Shown piece by piece: positions 38,602-52,600 of a stretch of DNA of 64,000 bases. Every line of letters begins with the position of its first letter. The first letter of the stretch is position 1. The notes beneath the pieces were generated by a model, which saw nothing but the letters and a program-made list of their open reading frames with translations, ran no database searches and was not told the DNA's origin. Origin of the DNA: Tubulanus polymorphus (lineage: Eukaryota > Animalia > Nemertea). The stretch lies in NCBI RefSeq assembly GCF_964204645.1, contig NC_134025.1:29988299-30052298 (forward strand), read 5' to 3'. The position numbers were made by a program, and so were the translations under genes.

Positions 38602-40422
38602 CTACATGAATGTATTATGTTCGATGTTATTGATGTGACAATTCTCGTAAATGACGCTATTTTCCGAGTCTAGATTTGTTTTCATTCTAATCAATGAAAC
38701 ATTCGAACGATTTTCCTTCACGAGTTTTCGACATCGTTCGCACAAATCCGCGCAATCGTCATCTTCATCCTTTTCGACGGTATAAGAGGCCAGGTCGTGC
38801 AGTAAAGAATGATGCCGATGATGAACTATCGAAATCTGAAGCGAACAATTCATTAATTTTCATAATTTAGCGAGTGTAAACCTGGCAGGTTGGCAGATTT
38901 TTGGAGGTTTTTATTTTCTATTCTGCACGTCAGTGTGCGGTCTATTCTACTATTACTATATAATATTCATTTTCGTAAACTTTCGTGATATTCAATCGAA
39001 TATTTCCAAATTTCATTACCTCGTTGTTTTCCAGTTTATCGACAGCTTTCTCACGCATTCTGTCCGCTGTATTTGAGACGGCGACTACAGCTAAATTGAT
39101 TATCAATGATAAATACGCCAGCCCTACTAAAATCCACGCGTATACCAATACTTTATATAGCGTTCTTTCCGTGTAGTTCAATGACACTTCGACATTTTTA
39201 TGAGCTCCTGGGTATGTAATAAAAACATGTAATACAACTATCAATCATACCACTCGCGGTATATAAGAGTTTTATGAAGACTTAGATGAAAAAGAAATCA
39301 TGTATTTAGTAAAAATAACTTATACGCACCTGGCACAAGATCGCCAAATCCAACAGTCGTCAGCGTTATGAAACAGAAATACAGACCTTCGGTAATTTTC
39401 CAACCTTCCAGAAAATGAAATACCAGCGACGGCGCGAAAAACAACAGCAACAATCCCAAAGCGGTGATAATACAGATATCAAAAACCTTGTTAAGACGCG
39501 GATAGTGCTTCGAACAAAGTCTCATATGTGAGATTTTTGCGATGAATTTACCGAGTCTTTCTCCGATTCCACCGAGTAAAGTTAAAGTCATCGGTATACC
39601 TACTAGCGCGTAAGGTATGCAAACCAACTTCCCCGCATCAGTTGACGGAACGATGTCACCATAACCTGTCATTTATTTAACAATTTTATTCCGTTTGAAA
39701 TCTTATCAAATGACAAGGGCCCAGTGGCACAGTCGTGACTTCAGTGGTCCAAAAACAAGTCTTAAGCTGTAAGATTGGCTGTAAAACTAAGTTGGCCTTG
39801 GCTACCTGGTCTTACATCTGAGTCCAGACTGTACAACAGGCCCCGCAGATCGCGTGTGAATGATAATTTCTACCTACCGATCGTCGTAATCAACGTGATG
39901 GAAAAACAAACAGAGCTGGCAAAATCCCAAAGCGCCCAATTCTTGCCGTCAGTGTATGTTATACCATGTGAACTATAATACGACACCAACTGAATCAAAT
40001 CATTGAATTCATCACTATCTATATTCGAATACTTGTCTCCTGTAATAGAAATTAATGTTTTAGCTACGACATACCGTAACCTTTTATTCGTACTGATTTT
40101 TGAATTTGAAGTGTGTAATTTTCGAAGATGATTGATTTGAATTAAAACTAGATCATTGTTTAACGAATGCGAAGTGACTGAGTGTGACACAGTTGCGCTC
40201 ACTCACCAGGGATCGAACCCGGTTCTTCACCAGTGGTTTTACAGCCTTACTGCGTATTTGCGTTCATGTTATTCATAACTTACTGAAGTTTTCGATTTCT
40301 TGTTGTAGTTTAAGTCGACGCGATTTCTCCGCGGCTTCCTCCGTAGCCTTGAATATCAATCCTCCGATAATGATATAAACTGTTTCAATCACTATTAAAA
40401 CTGTGAGAACTTTCCAGTTCAT
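38602..40422 (-). CDS. Two-pore-domain potassium channel (KCNK/K2P, TREK/TALK-like), 5 coding exons
   Basis: GGLIFKATE M1; WDFASSVCFSITLITTIG|YG pore 1; YALVGIP M2; EGLYFCFITLTTVGFGDLVP pore 2; WILVGLAY M4. Confidence 0.93.
39717..39844. mobile_element. Harbinger-like MITE (GGGCC.GTTGCACA ends)
   Basis: gggcccagtggcacagtc...gactgtacaacaggccc; relatives near 3676-3800, 13245-13320 and 33855. Confidence 0.6.
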
Positions 40423-40845
40423 CGTAGTTCTTTTTTCATCATATATTTCTCCTGGTTTGACTAAAACCACAAGAACCAATCCTAAGAGTTGTAAATAGCG
40501 AAGTATAAACTATTAAAACCTGTTCAAACGTAGTCTTTCTGTAATTCGTTTTGAAATCGATGAAATTATAAATTCTTCTCGTTCATATAATATAAACTCT
40601 GTGTACGATGTGATATTTTTGTATGACTGATTCGCGATATATTTCTTGAACATCTGTTAAATAATGTTAAGGCTCCTTGAAGTAATCGTTACATCCGAGA
40701 ACTAAATATTATATAAAATGTCTATGCATAAAGCACGTTACATATATACAATTTCAGCGAATTCCATAATTCAGTCGATCTTCATGTCCAATGATGATCC
40801 TTTTCAGACGCCACATAGTATATACGCGATATTGTACTGAAAATA

Positions 40846-41001
40846 CACTAGACTCAAATATTGGAACCGTGAGAAATTGTCCGATTTGAGCGATATCTGA
40901 GGTAGATATTGTTACAGTTTATTTCATATGATGTCGTAAATATATTCAACAAACATCTCCGAGTTAAACGCGGTTATCTCTGAGTTGATCGGAGTCTACT
41001 G
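40846..41001. mobile_element. Tc1/mariner-type MITE
   Basis: TA|CACTAGACTC...GAGTCTACTG|TA. Confidence 0.65.
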
Positions 41002-44000
41002 TATTTGTAAACTAGAAGACGGTTTCATACGGCCATCAGGAAGCAACGACCATCAGAACTCTTGCGTCAACTCGTTTCGTTTTAATATTGTATGTCACCG
41101 GACCCCAAACTGTTTCACTATTGATGTACAGGTGTAATTGACAACGGCAAGTACTTCAACCAAATCCAGATCGAATATCGACCTTCCATGGTGCACCCGA
41201 TACCCCGGATCAATGTGCTTTGTTTTATCACGGAAAAAAACTGTGAACGTATCCTGCGGTAACACCTACTAGAATAATACACGCATCATACGAGGCTGGG
41301 AAATTCTATTTCAGTAAAGCGGGCGCAACTCGAGTTTAATTGAGTGTAGTTTTATTGGAATTAAGTGACATTCATTTAACTTAAATGTTTCAAACGATTG
41401 CTGAGTAAACATATTAGAAATTCAAAAAAACCATTCCGCAATCGTTAATTATTGGCGTCTCTCTGAATATTTCCCATCCTCGCTACCGCATGAATCTAAT
41501 GAAATTTACCACTTTGTCAATCTATTTTTATTGTCAATATCCATAAATACATGTTTCGATTGCACGCGTACAAAAGGTAGTGAAAAGATAAATATACATG
41601 CGCGAGGACGACTGTAAGACTTTCACCTACTACAATGGCGCAGTAATGAATCATCAATTCGCTGAATTTATTTCGTAATTTGAACGAAAAGAAATCAAGA
41701 GCTAAGATAAATTCACTTATTACAGATAAAATACAGATAAGAAAATATTGCTTTAATGGATTTCATACGTTCATTCATAGAAACGCTAGGATACCCCGCA
41801 ATTTAGATAAAGTGAAGTAAAATTCACGAATGGAATAATCTAAGTGCAAAATTTCGAGTTATCAATACTACTGCGTTTATTTACATAATACCGACACAAA
41901 TGAATACGTATTACAGTTAAGGTGAGCTCCGGGCCGATAAACAATCGGTAAAGAGAATAAAAACACCAAAAGAACTAGATCTATAATTTCGGATGATAAA
42001 TTTATTGCTTTCCATATAAATAATGTTCTCAACAATTGTATCTCCTTCGAACAAGACAAGTTTTACAATGTGTGACGACCGTGTGAGATCTGTGTTTAAA
42101 AAACAACCCGTATCTTAGCCACAAGAGCAAGAGACAAAACGAGTCCTAGAAACCGTCGACTTAATTCGGTTGACAAAATAAAATAGACGCATCATCGTTC
42201 GTCATCTGGATCTAGTTTCACAGTTGCGAGTTCCGCTCTTGAGTTTTAAAGTAATGAAAATGAACTGGACTCAGAGTTGAATCGAACTCACGCCTGTGTA
42301 ACCGGGTCCTGCTGTTGTGGGTTTGAAACGGTTGTGTACACAAGCACATTTTACGATCTGAATTAGGGTATAACACCTTTGACCTTATACATAATATATA
42401 ACGTTTACAAAACATGGTTTACTAATTGGATTTTAATTATCATATAAATATTTTTTTATAATATATAATCATTATAGCGATTTATAATGATCATACATTT
42501 ACGATGTTTACAATGGAGTTACGAATTTTACGTTTCATATTCTTTGTTTTTGTTTTCTGTACAATAAGTATTTCTTGTAAAAATAACCAAAAACATCGCA
42601 GCTAAAATCACGTATCTCTTATATACGTAATAACAACAACTTCAAAATAGCTCAAAACTCAACAACAACGACATCGACCACTTTTTCTATAGCGACTTCA
42701 AATCAAATGAAACGAATGAAATGGAATGAATATTTTACACGATAACAACAATAAATTAACTATGTCTAAGTTTTATTTCTATCGAAAGAACAATTGGTTT
42801 GATTTTGTAGCTGAAGGTAATCATTCAAAGAGAAGTATACAAAATCAATCTATCGATAATTGAAAATTGAAACGAACGTCGTGTATTTTCTTTAATTTTG
42901 ATTTTAATCGTTGATGAATATTAAATTTGTGTATAAAGGGTATAATCCAAAGATGATTCATCCTGTCATTCTTTCAGTTTCTCTTTTCAGTTTCGATATA
43001 TATTTCATCTCTTCATTGAAACTAAATCGAATTCTTTACAAATTCTGTGATTAATTCGATGAAATCTGTTCATATTCTAAAACCGAGTATCATTTTACTG
43101 TTGTTCTTCCATAAATCACGAGTGACTCATTTCAAAACTTGATGACTTGGACAAATACAATTGGAATGTTGTTAATCAGTTTTTCCCGTATTTATTCGTC
43201 ATTTCGAGGTGTCTAAATTCATCATTATACAACATGACGAAAACACAAGGAGTGTATACGAATGAAAAAACAATCATGATTTTAGAAAACATATTAGAAT
43301 TCATTTCTAGATCCGAAACATCGAAGGGTTTTGATGGATACGTCAGATGTTAAGATGATAGCACACGGTAGACTATGATAGCATTCATCGGTGAAACAAA
43401 GATAAATCATATCCGTCAATTCAAATATATCAATATGGCCGACTGTAGCTCTTACACAATCGATTTAAAAAAGTTAAAATAGAAAAAAAAACATAGACGA
43501 TGTTCTATTTCGATAATCGTCATTTAGCACTAACTATTTATCATAAATACGTGGAAAAAACAAAAATCTAACAAAATTATGTTTAACATAAATGTGTCGG
43601 TCGGGTACAAAGCTTTAGGAATGACGAAGACTAGATGATTTTACAAATTCATACAAATTATGGCCAATATCTTTATAAATATCGTTGGATATTCATGTAC
43701 CTATATATAATACAATTCGATGTATTTACAGTTCATAAACTTTGTAACAATTCCTTAATAGAACTTATAACGATAAAACATTGACTGAAGCTATGTTAGG
43801 GCTAGCACATTGAGCAATTATTTTTTCTTGCCACGCAAGACAACGTTGTCACTAGTTATTATTGAAGATAATGTTTTTGTTTTTAATTTTACAGTTTTAT
43901 ATGGCGCGTGTGCGATAATCTTTCCGTCAATTGATACCAAATATTTGATAGATCGACTGGAGATGAGTGAATGAATGAATGAAGACAATATATCCCTTCT

Positions 44001-44320
44001 ATACAGATGATAATGAATCATGCGATAATGAATATATCATATCGATGAACGGTAATGAAACAAAACATACACACTATTCACTAGCTTTAAGTAAAACAAA
44101 AAACCTTTTCGTAAATAACGAATGTGGAAGTGAGAAAATATAGTTCATTTTCAGAATCGTCCCTACCGGAAAGTAGGACAACATCATCAATATGAATCTG
44201 TGTCTGTTCTCAACGATTCATGAAGATTTAATAGTGAAACTCTCTGATTATCTTTGACTAGACGCGTTACGGAGACTCGCTGCGGCTGCGGCGGCGGCGG
44301 CGCGGAATATTTCATACACT

Positions 44321-47300
44321 TCACCTCGTCGTCGACGAGAAGTTAATTCTATTTCCGCCGCTAGGTGGATTCCGTCGGCGTTTTCTTTGGCATGTAAGAA
44401 TACGATAAAACGTCCGTCTGAAATTGACATTACACAACGCGTAGCACACCGGGTTCACTGTACTATTGATGTAACATAACCAATAACCTGCGTGAAAAAA
44501 AGAAAAAAATAATAACATTAGCTTCGAAATATTTTGCTCGTAAGGAATACAAAATAGATAATTCCGCAATTTTGAGTTAAAACTTTCAAGGTCGCAATCA
44601 CAGTCACTGTATAATGTATTGATCATGTAATATGGAAGGAAAAATGTTTCCTTAGCGACTATCTTATTCCTCGCTCCAATATATCATTTTAATCATCTTC
44701 AGGAATACTGGATTTCATACTATTTCATACTATTTCATATTTCACCACGGAGTATTTCATCAAAGGTTATCAACTACCGTAGTTTTTGAAAATATTCTAA
44801 CATTACGAACTTTATGTCATTGTTTTCTTCGAAATTATGAGCATATTAATCGAGAAATTATATTTATCAATTGATAGGTTGTCGTGGATTTTATTTGATA
44901 ATTCTCACGTAGTATTGAGACGGACGACGCGACTCTGGTATGAAACAGGGCATGTTTAGGTTTGCAGGGTTAAACGAATTGCCGCTTGGTTAAATCTCAT
45001 TCTCATGCAATCCATACCCGATAACCGATATTATTAATCATAATGACTGTGACGATCGAATCCCGCTGAACCAAGTGTCTTTGACATCCTACTGGCTTAT
45101 GAATTGAAATGCATCATTCAGCTGCCATGAAATTCCATCTAAATGAAATTCCTTGACTACCGACAAAGAAGGGGCGTCGAGGAGAGTCGTGTAAACCGCG
45201 CCGTGCGTGATCGATGTATCACCACCGACCACGCTGCGCGTGTCAGTAAAAACACTGGACCCAGTTCAAAATGATGTCATTTTTAAATCTATGTATAACC
45301 TCCCAATTCCTTAGATGTACGTTGGAGTCAAAAGGCTCGTTTTCAATATGAGGTAGGTCTCTTATAGTGAACGAAAACGAATGTAGCCCAACTAACAACT
45401 TTTGTCACGAATGCGCAACTGGGCAACATCCTTAGTTGCACAACATGTAATTATTCAAATTAACGACCATCAATTTCATCCTCGCTATTTTCGTATAATA
45501 TTTTGTCTGCAGTGAACAATGCGCGTGGTTGTGAATGAGGTTCGTTTTATCGAGTTTGTTCGTTCGCGTATGGGAGTAAACCTTGGGAGTAATCACTCAG
45601 ACTTATTACTGTTCACAATACTGGAAGGATTAACCGGACTCTAAGGATTACCGCGCTCAAACGCAATCAATGCAAATCAAACGCTTTTTTTTGACCGAAA
45701 CGTTCGGCGAAGGTGAAAATACAGTGTATTGAATCCCGAGGTCAGAAATGTCTCTTGACTGTCTGTGTCTGCGATGATCAGATATGGAAAAATGGAATAT
45801 TAGTTCACGCGTCATTGAATGTAATTATTGTTAATGCCTCGTTGAACATTCGACTGATTGAAAGATAACCGAACATATTCCCCGTGTATCCATCAGTTTC
45901 ATCCAGACAATAATTTTCAGTATATATGTATAATAATGGCTATTATTAGATATGAATATCTTGGTCAGGTGTAGAGAGAGATAGAGAGAGATAGAGAGCT
46001 TCAAGGCTGATTTCAGTGATGTATAAATCCAAAAGCGGTCGATTATTAGATTGTCTTCAGAACGAAGATGAGTTAATGCTTAAAAGAAGGCCTCGTACAA
46101 ATGGCCACAGAATATTCCACTCAGTTGTGCTTGAACGTGACATTTTTCAAATTTGTCAAAATTATCTGAATGTTATAGAAATACGGCGATATGAATTTAT
46201 TATAATCATTATGACGGACGTAAAAATGAATCTCTCTCAGAACAGAAGGTTTGAACGTCTTGCTGATTTTCCCGGTGATTCCTTAACACGTTTTCTGTAA
46301 ACGCCTTCGAGTTGTTTAGTCAGAACAGCTGTTTTCTCAAGTTTGTAATGTATAGCAAGGTTATACAGTCGGTTAACTATAGACTTACTTAAACAACGTA
46401 TGTAAGCTTCATTACCCAATTTGCTACATGGTCATTTAAAAAGTCATATGGTTTAGAATTCCGACAAAACGTCAGGATATTTTGTATCAGTTGTGTATCT
46501 CACTAGACACATCAATTTGAAAGGTTTATATTTTGTATATAATTCGCACCCTTTGCTGCTAGTTTGAATGAAGTGAGAAGTTCAGAACATGTTGATATTA
46601 AAAGCCACAATTAGAATTCTTCCTTAAAGGAGTTGTATACATAAATCCGTTGATGAATTCTACAGTTAATTAAAGCTTAATTCGCCTCGTCGCGAATCAT
46701 TTATTTTTTGATTGATTACTATTCTTAACTTGTGAACATAAATCGATAGAAACGTATCGATTCTCTCCGGTAACACCTGATGCCATGAGGTCAGTCGTGT
46801 TTAAGATAACAAGAAATCAGTTAGCTCTGCCACAGGTGCTACTACTGTAATTAGTAGGAACGCTCATAAATTAAGCACGTACTCATTGATATTGTCTGCG
46901 ATTTACCGAACTACCTGAAATACTTCGTAGAAAATTGTAGGTCATTTAACGTTCGAGAAGTTGAATACGTAATAAGAATGCTAGGTGGGAAGGAGGGGGA
47001 GGGGCTGTAAGTGATTCAGTTGATGTTCGTTCAGTCAAGGACGTATGAAATCTAGTTTAGAGCCGCGATCACACGAGCGTTTTTAACCCGGGGTCAAGTT
47101 TGACACGGGCCACTTGGCCTGACCAAAAACTTCGGATTGTAGGCCCGTGCCAGATTATTGCGTCTGCAACTGATTCTGGAAGTGTCTCATTAGTCACGGG
47201 CGCTCTATTATTGAGTGCGCGCCAAATTTGACTCGGGGTCTAGTCCGGACCAGTTTGACCCCGGCCAAATCGTCCCCGTGTGATCGCGGCTACGTCCACG

Positions 47301-49662
47301 GTTTATAGTTAACCATGCTGCACGTAGCGTAATGACGTCATAAGGGCTACGTTTTAATGTGGTAGTGTATATCAATAATTGATCATAGCGATAATGTATG
47401 AGATCGAATACACTTCGAACTTCATTTAGAATTTTTGCCATTTGTGAGATTTAATCGTAATTGGTTTTTTTTTCGTGTAATGTGATCTTTGTGCACTCAG
47501 TGCGGGCGCCTCCGGGAGAATGTTTGGACACGAGATTTCTGAATATGTGTGAGTGACATATGAAAGAGTACAACGGAAAACCGACCGCGCCGACACAATG
47601 CGAGAAAACAAACAGTCCCCACCCGAGCACACACGCAACTCTCTTTTTTTTACCAACGAAAGCAATAAAACCTCTGTTGTAACCTAGACAAATATCTTCA
47701 GGGTTAGCTTTGTAACATCCATAATAATGTGAGATGCACAAATATTATTGAGCGGGCTAGGCACGATGTTGCGCTGAGGGGATGTTCACCTCATCGAGCT
47801 GTTAATCAGGCATACTTACCGATAGCATATAACGTATCGCCGATCGCCCCAGAACAAAACGCTCTTATCACAGTAAAAATATTGTAAGGTGTCCACGTAA
47901 TGATGAACGCTAGAAGTATAGCACTAAGTGTTTTGGCTGCCTTTTTGTCCTGTTTTTGTTCTTTGCGTTTTCGGCGTTGTTTTTGTTGGGATTTCACTTT
48001 TTGAGCATATTTCGTGGCAATTTTGGCTTGCATTGCCGCTCTAATAGTGTCGGCGTTATGTGGGGCGCGTCTATTCGGGTCTCTGAAATTAGCAGATATG
48101 GAACCACTAGAACATGGCCGCGATATAAGGACGTCGCCAATTTTCTTCTGAATCGCGCTATCACAAGATTCACTTTCTTTAATCTCTTTGATAATATCGT
48201 CATCGTCGTCACTTTCGGTAAACATACGAATACTGGGGCGCTCCTCCGTGTCCGTCGACGCCTGCGATGGAAGTTTTATGAGAATTGTGTACATCGAACC
48301 TGCCCGACTGTCTTGGTCGGTGGACAAATCTCTAGATAGATCTCGAGAGAGATCTCTGGAAAAATCACGCGAAAGGTCACGCGATATATCGCGAGACATA
48401 ATGCTGTGTCGACTAGATGTACCGGTGATTTCCGTAGATGGAGTAGTCGGTGTTTGAGTTTTATTCGGATCGACGGCAATTAATGGAATCATTAATCCAC
48501 TCGCGCTGTCTCTTCGATATCCGTGTCTCCCGTTTTGATGTGACGCGCAGTTGTGATCCCGCCGCAAAGCTAGGGAAGCACGAGCGAATGCGGTAGCGGT
48601 CGGTTCACTAGGAGCCGCTACTGGTGACCCGGGCGGATCGCTAGATGTCGAATCCTCCATCACGTCCGTGTCTCTATCGATCATCTGTTTACAACAGTTC
48701 ATTTTTTGCCAACACGTTCGGTTTTGATTTGTTCCGTCGGCCTCGTGATTCAGATCGTCGCAGTCCATTTCGATGTCCGGTGACGAGTCGCTGCGCCGCT
48801 GACTGAGATTCGAAACGCCCTCGTCGTCGCTGGAATTCGTCGATTTTTTACTGCATCGGTTTTTGATCGCTTGTAAATTCGCAAAATCCTTTTGTCGTTT
48901 TTGAGTTTCGGCGTAAATCCGCACGTAGAGTATTGTCATGATGGTGACCGGTAAATAAAAAGCGGCAACGGCCGTTACTACTGTAACGGTCTGATTCGAT
49001 TCGATAAATTGAATGTAACATTCTTGATGCGGCACCGTGCGCCTTCCTTCGATATACGGCCATCCAAAAATCCACGGTGTCCACAAAAGAACCGATATAA
49101 TCCAAGCTAAAGCGATCATTATAGCCGCTCTTTTAGGAGTTCTTTTGGCTCGATATGTGAGTGGTCTGGTCACCGATAAATATCGATCGAAACTGATGAT
49201 AAGAAGATTGGCTACGGACGCGTTACTCATAGTATAATCCAACGATAACCACGTATCACAGACAATAGGACCCAGCGGCCATCTTCCCATCATTAATGTC
49301 ACCGTGTATAACGGCATACTGAACACTCCGATTGTAAGATCCGCTACTGCCAGACTTAACAAAAAATAATTACTGACAGTTTGTAGTTGTTTTTCGATTT
49401 TGAAAGATATGAGTACGAGTAAGTTTCCACCGGATGTTATGAGCGCTAAAGTTCCGGCGACGAGGGCCACGAACACTATCTCCAGCACACTCTTCCCGGG
49501 AGGTTCGACTCCGGACAATGTTGCGTTAGAGTCGTTGAAGGAAGAAAACGGATTTATTGTCGTATTGAATTCCGATAGCGATTGAGCCGATGTTGGATAG
49601 GCGAGAAAGTTGGAGGTGTTTACTATTGTGGTCTGGTCCACTGTGTACGCGCCTGTGTCCAT
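44321..49662 (-). CDS. Muscarinic acetylcholine receptor (A-type/DM1-like); coding exons 47820-49662 and 44321-44487, ~669 aa
   Basis: [59 protein letters not shown]|[19 protein letters not shown]; phase-1 GT-AG intron in TM7; 5'UTR acceptor near 49882. Confidence 0.96.
47061..47291. mobile_element. PIF/Harbinger-like MITE with 15-bp perfect TIR
   Basis: AGCCGCGATCACACG...CGTGTGATCGCGGCT; a related fragment lies at ~54640-54770. Confidence 0.8.
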
Positions 49663-52600
49663 GGTTGTTCACGCTCGAGTTTCCAATGTAATTCGATACA
49701 TTGAATTCGATGATATCATTGAATTGTTCTGTATTCATGAGGAATCCAATCTAACCAGACCTCTGGTGGACTTATATCGATAAAAGTCCATGGTCGGTGA
49801 ATTTTTTCGCCGTCGATGTCAATAAAAGTTGCGTTCGGTTATAAATCCAAGAATAAAACGCCATATCCATCCCGAGCCGAACCTACAAAATACAACAAAA
49901 TACATATTGTATTCAAATGAGTAATTTTGAATTCAGTGAAGCAGTATTGTACGTGATTCTTAACATTTCAAAGATTGATTCACTGAGAATTAAGCGACTG
50001 TTTGCGCGACTAGCTCGCATCACCGATAGGTACTGGTCACATCTGTTGTATCCATTATGAAGGATTGAATTAAAGTGCTTATTAGTTGACGTCACATGCC
50101 CCCTCCGTATCGCCGCAGTCGAACGAAGTCCCCGACGAGACGGAGCATTCCACATATGTTCTTTTTCTCATGCGGCAGGTAAAAGTTGTTCGACGCAAAC
50201 AGAAAGAAAGATTGAATATTGGAACAACATTTTCGCTGATGAAAAAATAGAAGACATCACAGAGACCAGTTTCATTCGAGTTATGAGATCGATTGAAGCC
50301 ATTCTTACTTAATTTAGATTCAGTTCTACGATACGGTATATTCCAACTCAGGACTATGAGCTTGATTTTTTTTTTGATTGGTCGACACTAAAAATGTTGT
50401 GCATCTTCCTTAAAGGTTGACAGTATTCAGGAACAGAAAATTATCTTTTTTTCAAATCATGTTACAACTTTTTGCTAATCGCAAAAACATCCACAAATCT
50501 AACGACAAACTTTATAGAGGTATCTTACATCCAGATGAAATTATATAATTCCTATTTCTGTGCTACGAGATGGAAAAACACATCTCTCCCACTCAAATAT
50601 TTCAGGTTTAAAAAGTCCAATATGACATTTCAACTGATGAAATACTATCCCCGTTTATCCATACGAAAAGAGATCATCCTGTCGATTGTAAGTTGAAACT
50701 GTATTCGCAAATCAGCACAAAATATCTTGCAATACAATCGGTATCATACATAGAATATGATTTTTACTTTCATCGACAGATAACTGAGGTATTTGATATG
50801 TTGCGACTGTCGTCATATCGTGACTGACGTTTCTCATTCCTCTCAGCTCGAGACGTAACGTGATACAGCGTCTAGCGCGTGTTTATTTTTAAGTATTCAT
50901 AACTTGATCGGTTTGTAACCGGACCACCGCTATGAAGAAACGACGAGCAAATACTGAAATGTTGACCATTATTAATTCATCGCCTTTTTTCTACTCCCGG
51001 TACCTGGTTGTAATCCCAGGAAACCTGGATTCACCCGCCGTTGTTTGTGCGCATAAACAAAGTTCAATTTACGAAAAGCTTTAAGCCGTTGCGCGCGCGT
51101 TAAAGTCCCGAACGATACGCGAAATCTTGTCGAACCAAACTGCTGAATTTGGGACGGTCCATTTTTACTCGGGCAAATCAAATCAACAACGATAAAACCA
51201 GCAATCTGTCTGCAGAAATTTGTAAACAATTCGGCCGATATAGCCAGGGTAATGCAAACAATCTTTAGACTGCTGCGCATCTGAATCGCTTTTAATAAAC
51301 GTGTTTATTGCCCGAAATTGACTGTTATTTGACGTTCGATAGACCGATTAGTCTCGCAGTTGTTACATAGCCAAGATTTTTACCCCGGTAAGAAAACGAA
51401 TTAATAGCAACATAACAAGGCCATGAGGCTTCTAACTACTGGTGTAGTTACCTGGAGGCCCGGTTTTATAGACCGGGTATTAAGGTTATCCCTGGGGAAA
51501 AATTCCAAACCAAGCCGGACTAAATATCAGGGTAACAGGGGACCAGTGAAATGACTTTTACATGTTATTCCAAGGCTTTGTTTAGTGTTGCATTACACGG
51601 TTTGTGTTTCTTCTAAATTTGGAAATGAAAAAAGAGATAAAACAGAATTCTAGATTAAAAACTATTGATGAAAAAACTATGATTCTACTAATATTCATCG
51701 TTAACGTTACAAGGTTATTCAGTAATGTAAAAACATTTTCCATTAATCGAGGCGACACAAATCTAATAAATGAACTTATTTCTAAATTCGTCTCAGTAAC
51801 ATATATACTATCGAAGGTTAGTGATATAGTATTAAACCAGAATCTTATTAGAAGAACGAATCGTTTTTCAGGGAATCACTGTTATGAGGAATGCCCAGTT
51901 TTTGTTTATAGGAAACTAAGAATGCTGTAACTTACTGTTATTTTAAGTTATGTACACAAAACTGAACCTACAGTTGTCGGTACAGAAAACTGAAGGTGAT
52001 ATCACATGCCGAAACAGCTATTTCCAAAAATCGTCCGTTTTGATCTATATTGTATCCGATGATGTTATGAATTCGGGCAAAATTTTATCAGCATTTTACG
52101 AGTAAACTATGAATAACCACAGCCTTAAATAGAGATTAAAGCTTATTATATCTTCGAAGACGTGATCTTCGTCCTTTTATATATTCTCGTAAATCCACAA
52201 ATCCTGACTAATCCAAAGCTACAATATACACGACATATAATGCTAATGCTCGAAGACAATATTAGGATATATTCGAAACTTCGAACTAGCTCAGTGAAAC
52301 ATTTTGGACTTTTTTTTAAAGTGTGGGATTTTATACAATCTTTCAACACGACCATTTGATTATTTTCTAAGTCAAAATTCCGGGTTTATTAAGTCTAAAT
52401 TTCGAGTAAGTCTAAATTAGGAGTTTATCGAGTCGAGATTTTGACTACAGAAAATGATCGTATGGCTGCAATGCTCTTCCGTAGAAAGTTCCATCAATGG
52501 ATAACATGAAAGACGTGGTTTTTGATTGTGAGTAAAGCTCAGTTCGTGATGCGGTCAGTCGGGACAGTCGGTTAGTCAGTCTGCTCAACAACCGTGCATA

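Noticed and set aside
40190-40255. tRNA gene on minus strand
   Set aside because: Only a GGTTCGATCC B-box; no cloverleaf, at most a SINE relic.
44248-44320. Poly-Ala C-terminal extension of the mAChR
   Set aside because: Different frame after the stop; explained by a short GCC repeat in the 3'UTR.
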